From assembly GCA_963934015.1 (NCBI GenBank), contig CAWVWT010000005.1, positions 4,692 to 68,691 on the forward strand: a stretch of DNA of 64,000 bases, read 5' to 3'. The stretch is from an uncultured Candidatus Poseidoniales archaeon. Its GTDB lineage: Archaea > Thermoplasmatota > Poseidoniia > Poseidoniales > Thalassarchaeaceae. This document shows, piece after piece, positions 18,681 through 28,500 of the stretch; the stretch's first letter is position 1; each line of letters opens with the position of its first letter. Made by a program: the position numbers and the translations under genes. Under the pieces are notes generated by a model, which had not been told where the DNA came from, ran no database searches, and saw only the letters and a program-made list of their open reading frames with translations.

Positions 18681-19477
18681 TTTCGTCGCATTTCCCCATC
18701 CTGTATCGAATAGGATGGAGTTTTTGGTCTCCACAAGAAAGCGGTCATAAATGAGAAGAAAATACCCCCCACAGCAATATTGAGCCAACTCTCAGAGAGA
18801 TAGCGGTCGCTTGCATTGAAGTAAGCCCAAGTAAAACTCGGTAATATTCCAATAAGTAATGCGATGGTAGATTCTCGTATGAGAAGGTCCTTCTGAGGTG
18901 GGGCATTGGGCATATTCAATTCACTTTCAGGTGTCGTCGATCGGACCAATCTGAATCCCATTTGCGGACGTGATACACCCCGTGGTGTTGCCCCTCTCAT
19001 AGTACCGGAACTCCGCCAAACTCGAGTTGTATGCGCAGTGTGGTCCGAAATACCCCCTGCTCGAACAGGAGTTATCCAAGGGCGGCCATCACAAGGAGCA
19101 CCCCAATAACCACTGCGAGGTGGACGATCGCTCAAAACCTCAACTTGTACATCACCAGGGCCGATTGTGCCCTGCTTTGCTGCGAGGGCCCACTCAGCTT
19201 CGGAAGGGGGCCTTGGATCGCCCTCGACACCGATGAGGCCCGCTTCAATCATCAATGGTGTCAATCGGTTCACAGGTGTGTCATGATCCTCCCCTGCTGC
19301 TGCTTGACCTGTCAGATCTTTCCATTGTGCAAATGTTATCGGTGTTGCACTGATTTCAAATTCAGTTTCAATACAAATTTCATGGCGTGGACCATTTCCT
19401 GCATACATTAGGGCTCCACGTTCATCTCCAAGCCAAGCAGTCCCTGGATCAATTCGAATCCAATCGATTTCAGACAC
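18677..19477 (-). CDS. FGE-sulfatase (SUMF1/EgtB-like) domain protein with a C-terminal TM anchor
   Basis: PPSEAEWALAAKQG, RVWRSSG and QMGFRLVRS resemble the formylglycine-generating-enzyme fold. Two C-terminal hydrophobic helices. Confidence 0.55.
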   Translation of the reverse strand: MSEIDWIRIDPGTAWLGDERGALMYAGNGPRHEICIETEFEISATPITFAQWKDLTGQAAAGEDHDTPVNRLTPLMIEAGLIGVEGDPRPPSEAEWALAAKQGTIGPGDVQVEVLSDRPPRSGYWGAPCDGRPWITPVRAGGISDHTAHTTRVWRSSGTMRGATPRGVSRPQMGFRLVRSTTPESELNMPNAPPQKDLLIRESTIALLIGILPSFTWAYFNASDRYLSESWLNIAVGGIFFSFMTAFLWRPKTPSYSIQDGEMRRN

Positions 19478-19481
19478 GGAG

Positions 19482-21383
19482 TTACTCCCCCCCTAGTGCA
19501 CCTGTTTGAATTGCCCATTGGCTGGAATATACACCGCTGTTGGTCACAAGAATATCATGCGTACCCCGTTCGACCACCGCCCCATCAACCATTGATAGAA
19601 TTTCGTCTGCATTTCGAATCGTCGATAAACGATGAGCTACTGCAATTGTGGTTCGTACGCCACCAGTTCCGAGGAGATTCGATTGAATTTGCCGCTCTGT
19701 TTCCGCATCTAAAGCACTTGAGGCTTCATCGAGAATCAACAAACTTGGCTTCTTCAGCATTGCTCGGGCCAACGAAATTCTCGCACGTTGGCCACCCGAT
19801 AGCATGACACCACGATCGCCAACAAGCGTGTCGACACCATCTTCCATATTGATTACAAATTCATCTGCGCCTGCCAAATGAAGTGCTGAATCGACTTCTT
19901 CTGAGCTTGCATGCCGTGAATAGACAACATTGTCACGAATACTTCCATAGAATAAGAATGGGTCTTGATTGACGAATCCCATCTGTTCTCGAACACTGTC
20001 CAGAGTAATGTCCTGGATGTTGTGGCCATTAATCAATACCTCTCCTGAATCAGGTTCATAGTAGCGTAGAATCAATTTCAATATTGTTGATTTACCTGCC
20101 CCAGTATGCCCCATAACACCAAGGAAGCCACCTTGCCCTACATTGAATGAAATTCCATTCAAAACCGGCGTATCTGTACCAGGATAAGTGAAGTGAACAT
20201 CTCGAAACTCAATGTTATCTATCGTACCATCCAATGCTGTTGCACCTTCTTTGTCAACAATACTGGGTTCCAAATCAACCATGTCGAACACGCGACGGGC
20301 AGCTGCCTCCCCACGTTGCAATTGGTTGACAAGCATTCCAAAAATGAACAACGGCATGGAAAGACGAGTCATGATGAGTAGGAACGTGACAAAGGCGCCC
20401 GTCGAAATATCTCCCTCCTTCATCAACCAACCTCCAACTGAGACCAAGAGTCCGTAAACGATTCCAGCAACCCCATACAAACCTGGAACGAAACGATTGC
20501 GGTCGCGGCTGGCTCCGATGGCTTCGTCACGGTATTCTTCACTTTCACTTGAAACCCGTGCGATTTCCCATTCTTGGGCGTTGTATGCCTGAACGACTGC
20601 AATTCCAGAAATGACATTCTCAAGAACTGCATTGATACCACCTGTTGATTCTCTTTGCTTGCGATATTTTCGTTGAACACGTGTCGAAAACAAATACACC
20701 ATTGGGAAGATGAGTAGAAGGGGACCGAAGAGAACTGCCGTCAACTTCCAAGACATCATCATGAGAATGAAGAATGCAGTGATGAATGTCGTGAATATCC
20801 GGATGATTGATGTGGATGAATCTGAGATTACATCCTCTAATTGATTCACATCGGAGGACAATACAGACATGAGGACCCCTGTTTGTCGAAGATCATAGTA
20901 AGATGCTTCCATCCGGATGAGGCTTTGAGTTGCATCCAATCTGAGATCGTGTTGCACCTTGTATCCGAGTGTTTGCCAGCAGTAATCAGATATGCCTTGG
21001 AATACAGCAAGACCAGCAAATCCAAGGAATATGAGAATTCCATAAGATATGGCTTGATCGTCGCTGATATGATGCAATAGATTCTCATCTAGGAAAGTAC
21101 GAAAATCACCTAAACGGCCACCCGATTTAGTCACGCCACTGTAATAGTCAACAGCGAAGCCGATGAAAATAAATGGGACCAAATCGAACACACGTGCAAA
21201 CATACAGGATAAAAATCCAAATGTTGCACGGTGGCGATAAGGGCTGACATACGGGAAAATTCTCCAAATGCTTCGCCCCAAGATTTGTAGGTCATCTTCG
21301 TCACCTTCTTTGGCAGAATTACCAATGGAAGCACCATGTCTACCGTGGGACATTGACGCGGGCTCAGGTCGGTGGTTTTTCAA
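19482..21383 (-). CDS. ABC exporter, fused permease-ATPase (MsbA/ABCB-like)
   Basis: Six-TM N-terminal half. Walker A GHTGAGKST, signature LSGGQRARISLARA, Walker B LILDEASSALD. Confidence 0.9.
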   Translation of the reverse strand: MKNHRPEPASMSHGRHGASIGNSAKEGDEDDLQILGRSIWRIFPYVSPYRHRATFGFLSCMFARVFDLVPFIFIGFAVDYYSGVTKSGGRLGDFRTFLDENLLHHISDDQAISYGILIFLGFAGLAVFQGISDYCWQTLGYKVQHDLRLDATQSLIRMEASYYDLRQTGVLMSVLSSDVNQLEDVISDSSTSIIRIFTTFITAFFILMMMSWKLTAVLFGPLLLIFPMVYLFSTRVQRKYRKQRESTGGINAVLENVISGIAVVQAYNAQEWEIARVSSESEEYRDEAIGASRDRNRFVPGLYGVAGIVYGLLVSVGGWLMKEGDISTGAFVTFLLIMTRLSMPLFIFGMLVNQLQRGEAAARRVFDMVDLEPSIVDKEGATALDGTIDNIEFRDVHFTYPGTDTPVLNGISFNVGQGGFLGVMGHTGAGKSTILKLILRYYEPDSGEVLINGHNIQDITLDSVREQMGFVNQDPFLFYGSIRDNVVYSRHASSEEVDSALHLAGADEFVINMEDGVDTLVGDRGVMLSGGQRARISLARAMLKKPSLLILDEASSALDAETERQIQSNLLGTGGVRTTIAVAHRLSTIRNADEILSMVDGAVVERGTHDILVTNSGVYSSQWAIQTGALGGE

Positions 21384-21406
21384 TACGCCAGTATCAAATT
21401 CTGGAG

Positions 21407-21478
21407 TGCGGACGACGGGATTTGAACCCGTGACATGAGGTTGGAAACCTCAGGTGATAACCCCTTCACTACATCCGC
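21407..21478 (-). tRNA. tRNA-Gly (anticodon UCC)
   Basis: Hand-folded 72-nt cloverleaf: acceptor GCGGATG/CGTCCGC, D stem GTGA/TCAC, anticodon stem TGAGG/CCTCA with loop TTTCCAA, T stem ACGGG/CCCGT with loop TTCAAAT, discriminator A. No encoded CCA. Confidence 0.9.
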
Positions 21479-21549
21479 TGTGTATTGGGGGGGCCGCGCC
21501 TCAGTCTTATCCAATTCGGTCCGTCCGGTCCCGCAAATTCAAGGAGTGC

Positions 21550-21747
21550 ATGCCTACGGCACTCATCATGCACTGGGCGCGGAAGGTCGGCATAGGCATG
21601 TGTTTCATCTTCATGCCCGCTGTTGCACCCCTCTGGGCCATAGCATTCAATGTCGAGGTTGAAACTATGATTCGTGTGTTGACCATACTATTTGTCCCCG
21701 GCCTGCTACTCGCACTGGGTGGGAAATCAATTGAACATGAAGGGTGA
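21550..21747 (+). CDS. possible small two-TM membrane protein (65 aa)
   Basis: ATG at 21550 preceded by AAGGAG (21541..21546). Hydrophobic segments GIGMCFIFMPAVAPLWAIAF and IRVLTILFVPGLLLALG. The longer track ORF would overlap the tRNA. Confidence 0.3.
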   Translation: MPTALIMHWARKVGIGMCFIFMPAVAPLWAIAFNVEVETMIRVLTILFVPGLLLALGGKSIEHEG

Positions 21748-21752
21748 ATATA

Positions 21753-22547
21753 CTAAACGGCTTCAATCAATCTTGAAAATCCAAAAATGAAGGGTCGACC
21801 GTCGAGTAATTCCTGCCAATGATGTACTTCAAGTCGAAAATCATGGCAATCATGCGAAAGTACAACCTTCTCACAATTCAGAACCGTAAATGATTGTGGA
21901 GCTACATGCATACCCAATCCACAGGCCTTCAGGACAGCCTCCTTGACCACCCACGTACGAATCGCTTCTTGCATCCCAACCTCTGAATCAACATCCCATA
22001 ATTGTTCTAGATATTGGAGTTCTTCACCAGATGTCATCATCGTCAGCAAGTTCCTAGCACGAGGTACATCAAGAGGTTCTGCATCCAATCCAATTAGTGA
22101 GCCGTTAAGGGATACAGCTGCGATTGAAATTCCGTTTGAATGACCCAATGTGATATCTGGTAATTGCGGACTTAGGTGGCCACCAGCACGAATTCTGACC
22201 TCAGCATCAACCCACATTAGATTGGGCTTACGATACTCATCTCGTACGATTCGCAGATCGGATGGATCAAACCCCATTTCACGGAGGAGGGTGGCCAATG
22301 CATAACGTGCTGATGCATGTTCATTTGCTCTCTTGGATGTTACAAAGGTTGAGGCTTCAAATGCATCGACCAAGGGCACGTTTGATAAATCAGGCAAAGG
22401 ATCAGATGGGTTGCATTCACCAACTGGCATCCATACTGCAATCACTTCATCCAAGCCGCAACCACCGGGGAGTGAAAGCGGGTATACCGAACCTCTCGGA
22501 CGCCATATTTTCATAATAATTCCCCAATTGGAAAAATGATTTTTCAA
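21753..22547 (-). CDS. 4'-phosphopantetheinyl transferase, Sfp/PfaE type
   Basis: Motifs IGLDAEPL (GxD) and WVVKEAVLKACG (WxxKEAxxK). Length about 260 aa. Starts 4 nt after the megasynthase stop. Confidence 0.8.
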   Translation of the reverse strand: MKNHFSNWGIIMKIWRPRGSVYPLSLPGGCGLDEVIAVWMPVGECNPSDPLPDLSNVPLVDAFEASTFVTSKRANEHASARYALATLLREMGFDPSDLRIVRDEYRKPNLMWVDAEVRIRAGGHLSPQLPDITLGHSNGISIAAVSLNGSLIGLDAEPLDVPRARNLLTMMTSGEELQYLEQLWDVDSEVGMQEAIRTWVVKEAVLKACGLGMHVAPQSFTVLNCEKVVLSHDCHDFRLEVHHWQELLDGRPFIFGFSRLIEAV

Positions 22548-22551
22548 TTGA

Positions 22552-25500
22552 TTATTTTCCCTTCCTTTTGAGGCTAAATCTCAATTTTTCAGGAACGGGT
22601 GCCATGCCTTTAAGGCGAAGTCCTTTGAGAGAAACTATCGGTTTCTGATTGCGATCAAAAATCATGGCGTCATGGATTGTAATTCCACCTGCTTCATGAT
22701 CACGACGATAGCTCCGGACCCTCAATTTTTCACGTACCGCCGGGACTCTGAGAATTTTACACTCTTCGATACCAATCGGAAGGCTCGATATTTCATCAAT
22801 TTCCATTGTAACTAAACCCGCATTTTGGAAACAGGCTTCAATCAGCATAGGTAGTGACTCAAGGAGGGCTGGCCCTTCATCAAATAATTGGGAATTAGGC
22901 AATTGACTACGGAGTAGTGCAATTCCATCCGCCCCTAAATCATCACCATCAGATACACCCTTAATCAGACCACCGTGGACTTGAAATCTAGGACCATGGA
23001 AGAATCGATCATAGATGAAATTGGGTTGAAATGAAGCTTCCCCCCTGCCTGGTGAATTCATGAAGGATACACTCGCATCCCGTACGGCCCCCTCCTTGAG
23101 CAAACGTACTATGCCTTCGTGATGTATTCGTGGTTCTCCAAATACTTCACCTTTGGAATTGACTAAATCACTCTCAACATGACACTTGATGTACAGAGAA
23201 TTGTGATCTTGATCACTATATTCCGCTTTCACTCGGACACGGACTTCATCTTTCACCAATTTGATTGGAAGGCCAAATTTGACTTCTGCGAATCCCTCTA
23301 AGTTACACATTGGGTAAAGCAGTAGAGCACTTTGAGCGAACATTTCCATTGCCATCACACCTGGGTGGTAGGGCGTTCCTTCGATAGAATGGTCGATGAG
23401 GAAAGGGAATCTCGCAGTTGAAAGTGTGCACTCGGTGAAGATTTCGGTATACAGGTCATGCTTGAGGATTCGATCTACGAAAGGAAACCTTTCTGATTCC
23501 GAAAGTGCACCGGCGGTATCGGCCGGAAACTTCTGAGGGGGGGCCCTTTTACTGCCTTGATCATCTAATATCCCCAATGCACCTGCGGCTACCACGCGTC
23601 TTTTTCCACCACCAAGCATTTCTTTCACGAAAATTTCAACACCCGTTTCGACGGGGATTGTTTCAATGCCAGCTTGCATGAATACGGATTCCAATGACCC
23701 CCGGGTTGCCATACCAATATCACGCCAACCAGACCAAGCGATGGCTACTGCACGTGGAGCATCTTCGTGATGAGCAATGCGACACATCTCTGCATCGAGG
23801 ATGTTATTGGCGGCGGCATAGTCAACTTGGCCGCTATTCCCAAATCGGCCGGCGACCGAAGTAAATGCACACAAGACCCGTAACTGGTCAAGTTCGTCTT
23901 CCAGGGAATCAACCAAAGCCCGCCAACCATCTATTTTGACCGAGATAACTTTTGTGAAGGTGTCCCATGATTTTTCGGCGACTAATTTCGAATCCTCAAG
24001 TCCGGCACCATGCACGATGCCGGTAATTGGACCGCATTCTTTTCTCACGGCAGCTATCACTTTGGCGACTGATTTTGAATTCGTTACGTCACACGCATCA
24101 TACAATGCGTGGTTTCCTGTTGCTTGTATGTTGAATATTGTTCTATGAATCTCTAAACTACGCATCTGCTTGTTCCATTCGATATCCCATTCAACCATGG
24201 TGACTTTACCCGATTCACTCTGTGCAATCATCTCATCTCGAAGTTTTAGTTTTCGCTCTTGTAAGGTTGCCTCATCATCTTGAAGCCAATCCTCAATGGT
24301 GGCATCAAGGCGAGTACGCCCAAGGAGAACAAAAGTAGCCCCTGCACTCTTACTCAACTCAGCAGCCCCGACTATACATCTGGCAGTGACCCCTGATCCC
24401 CCGCCAGAAACAACCCACACATCGTCGGCCTGAAGGGGTTTGACATCTTCACTGAGGTCCTCCTCATACAAGCGTAAAGCCCAACGTTTCCCATCACGAG
24501 ATATTCCCACTTCCGATGGAGAGGTTCGACCAAAGGCTTCAGCCCATATTTGGTGTGCTAATGCAGTTGGATCTGCAAGCAATTCGGGGTCAATGTCGAC
24601 TGCACGGCAGCGCAGATGTGGTTTCTCTTTCGCGTAGGATTTGACTATGCCGTGTGCCCCTGCGGCGAGTGCGTTGAAGCGGCTACTGGCATTCCCATGC
24701 CTCCCATCCATTGCACTGACAGACATCACAACCCCATCTTTGATTGAACTAAAGTGGGGGTCTAGAGATTTCAGTAACCCAAACAGACCATGCGTTGTAG
24801 ACGTAAGTTGCGCCTGTTGTGTCTGGCTTTCCCAACCAACTCCTGCGAGGCGGAGGGGTGATAGATGAAGTAATGCAACAACATTCCCAATCTTTGCAAG
24901 GTGAGCGCTGACTTCTGCAAGTTGTTTGTGGTTCCCTGGATTCACTCGGACAATATCAACTGGGCCATCCTTCTCGATTTTGATTTTGGAGACTATACTC
25001 GGGTCGAGCATGATGCGAACTGTGTCAATCCCAGCAGCCCCTAAGATATGGCACAGTGTGTCTGCTACACCCCATGGGTCGTCGGTTACGGCAACCACCT
25101 TGCCATCTATATCGAGAGGCGTTGCTGCTTCAGGTGGGACTTCCTCGACCTCAACTTGCCACCGCCTAACACCAATTGTGCCGGGTTCGATTGGAATAAT
25201 GTTTGATACAGGGTTCTGTTGGCCTTCAGGTAGTTCACTTTGGATAGGTTCTTCGACGACTTCTTCACTCCCTTCTTGCCCCAAATATGCAATCATGTGG
25301 TTGAGCGTTGGATGTTCGCTCAAGACAAACGATTCATCTACAGGCAATCCGTAGAAATCTCGGAGTTCAGCCATGATTTCGGCTTGTTTTACAGTGTCAA
25401 TTCCAAGTTCACCCTCAAGGTCCTGATCTAATTCGATAAAATCAGCAGGATAGCCTGTATGCTTGACCACAACTTCGACTACTTTCATTGCAACATCACC

Positions 25501-28500
25501 TGAAATCGGGGTACTAACTTGAATGGCCGGCGCTTCTACTATACCCGATTCAGCAATCACAATCGGTTCAAGGGAGGGAGGTTCAGTAGAGGGGCCTACA
25601 CCCAAATATGCAATCATGTGGTTGAGCGTTGGATGTTCGCTCAAGACAAACGATTCATCTACAGGCAATCCGTAGAAATCTCGGAGTTCAGCCATGATTT
25701 CGGCTTGTTTTACAGTGTCAATTCCAAGTTCACCCTCAAGGTCCTGATCTAATTCGATAAAATCAGCAGGATAGCCTGTATGCTTGACCACAACTTCGAC
25801 TACTTTCGTCCCCACAGTACTTGACGGGAGGGGGGAGTTCACTTCGATTACCTCCTTGGCAGTAGCAGTAGGTTGAGGTTTGGGTTTGAGTTTGGGAATC
25901 GGTTCGGGTCGTATCCCTACATCTTGTTTAGCAACCGCCCAAGGTGTGCCTTGAATACCACCAATAATCATCTCATTGGGATTGATGTAAGCTACAAGTT
26001 TACGATTCAAGATGCGTAAATCAGCATCACCACCTGCTGCCTTTGAGGTCCAATCAGCAATTTGAGTACGGTTCAACCTATCGAGGTGTTTCGCAATCCG
26101 CTTGACCATGGTAAATGCCATTTGTGAACCGAATCCGGCAGCATGACGAACAACATACTCAACGTCAACAGGTCCACCCATAGATAGACGAAGATCACCC
26201 AATTCTGGATCAGGCTCTTTGAAATTGGCAATCGGGGGAAATTCACCCTGACACAGACCCCGTATCGAGACGGCATCTTCGATTCCCGTACCCATTGGAT
26301 GGCCTGTGAATCCTTTCGTATTCGTGATGATAATCTCTGATGCACTGTCTCCGAATGTTCTGCGGAGAGCTTGAATTTCTGCAGCGGCAGAACCGCCCCG
26401 AGGGGGGGTTGCCGGTTCGTGTGACATGAAAGAGGTGCGTGAGGCGATTGAATGACGATCCAAATCCCAATCTCGTTCCATCTTTGAAATGAAGAAATCC
26501 AATGAATTCGATACGTGATCAACATCAAGCCGTGTCGGGTGATATGCGGAATTGGCTAGATGAGTACCGAGAAGTTCGACATATGGCGTCACCCCCCGTT
26601 CCAAACTGAGGTTATTACGCTCGATGACGAAGGCTGCCGCACCCATTCCAAGCAACATCCCACTTCTGCGTGCATCAAATGGAAGGCTGACATCCTCCAC
26701 TACGTTGCCCATAGCATGGGCGCCTGCAGCAGCAAATCCAGAACCAATCCAAGTCATCAATTCATCACTGGTTGCATCATCTGCACTCACGACAATGACA
26801 CGGTCACAACGACCTGTCGTGAGCCAATCCTCTGCAATTGCAATGGCCGAGGGTGTTGAGGCACAGGCATTGTTTATCGCAGCATTGGGACCTCTTGCAC
26901 CAATCAACTGTGCAAATTGTGAATGGCCCATCGTTAGAATTTGTAATAGGAAGCGACGATCAAAATGACCACTTTCATCCGCCCCATTATTCTGTGCATG
27001 GCGCATCGCTTGATCGATTCCAGGGAAACATGAGGCAAAGATGACCCCGGTTCGATCTCGTTCTGATTCAGGGAGGTGCCACTGCTGGATATGGCGTTTT
27101 CCTGCTTTATTGATTTGTTCGACTGCAATCAATGGCAGACCCGCATCCTTGAGTGCTTCAACGCCCGCAGCGATTGCTAAGGATGTTGATATGTCCATGG
27201 CTTCAACAACTTTAGGATCAACACCGTATTGTTCGGCCAAATCGAAGTGACCCTTCTGGCCAGCAAGTTGTGGAATTAAACTGAAATCGTTACAAGGTAC
27301 AAATTCTGCGGATCCATCTGCGTGTTTTATAATTCGAACCAAATTTCGATCAAGAAGCCGCTGCTTAACTTCATCTGAAAGTTGAGAAATAAAATTGTCC
27401 CCACGAATAATTCGATCAAATGTATCTGGCGCAAACACCTCTTCCATTCCAGGTAAACCCAAACTGATGCCACTGAATACATAGGGATTCTCGCGGCGGG
27501 AGGACAAGGGATCTATTACAGCAGTATTTCGACGGACATCTATACCTTGATTCAGGGTGGGTGAACTACGTGGCACCTCATCCAACCATTCGACCAAAGC
27601 GGGGAGGGTCTTCGCGTTTGTACTCCCCTTCACCCGATAATTGGATTGTATTTTTTGATATATCTCAGAAATCTTTGTTTCACTTAATCCAATGGTTTCG
27701 AAATTTGTTGACCCGTGAATCATTCGTAGCGGGAAACCACTCACATTTGACACGATCTTGGCAATCGCAATTTCTTTCGATCTTCGTTCAACTTCGTCCT
27801 GTTCTTCTTTATTGAATGACTGTACATTCGCTTGAGGGGGAATTATACTAGCCTCAACTGTGATTGGGCCTTGAATGAAGCCCGGTGTTGAAATCCGTAC
27901 ACCTGCTTTGAATGCCTCAGTGAGTATGTTGCTATCTGCATCAGGCATATTTGGAATTCTACCTGAGAGGGCGTGGACTGCAAGGGCTGCATGGAAAGAA
28001 GCAATACCCCCCACCTTGGGATGATTTGTATTTGTCACAATCTTTGGTCGTTCTTCGAATATTTGTTCTGCGAATAAAGCCAAGGCGCGTTTTGGTCCGA
28101 CTTCAACGAAAAGACGGGCGCCGGCAGCATACATTGTTTCCATTTGCTTTGTCCATTCAACAGTAGAGGCCATTTGTGGGGCAAGCTTGGATAGAATTGC
28201 TTCCTTGGGACTACTTCCAGCTGGTGCCACATTAGGGTACCAACCTCCATCGAAATTTGAAGTGGTTGGGATTTGCGGTAATTGGATTTCTAAACCCTCA
28301 AGAAAATTTCGCAATGGTTCATTGGCTGGAGCGACAATTCGCGAATGGAATGCGTGACTAGTCTGTAGTTGTATACAGGGGGTACCGGCTTGTTCAAATT
28401 TCTTCATTACGCGCTTCATCGGTTCTGTTTCACCTGCGATGACGGTCATTTTTGGGCTATTTTTGTTAGCAGCAATCACGTACCCATCTTCGGCCTGCAG

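Noticed and set aside
21454-21549. 5' part of the 97-aa plus-strand ORF
   Set aside because: It overlaps the tRNA-Gly gene on the opposite strand. Only the distal part, from the ATG at 21550 with an AAGGAG upstream, is retained, as a low-confidence small ORF.
25240-25752. Two plus-strand ORFs (25240..25431 and 25519..25752) sharing an identical 48-aa peptide, which could suggest a repeat-encoded gene family or an array
   Set aside because: The identity is simply the antisense reading of the duplicated ACP-coding 207-bp repeat. With only two copies at a 321-nt period inside a long ORF, this is not a CRISPR or mobile repeat.
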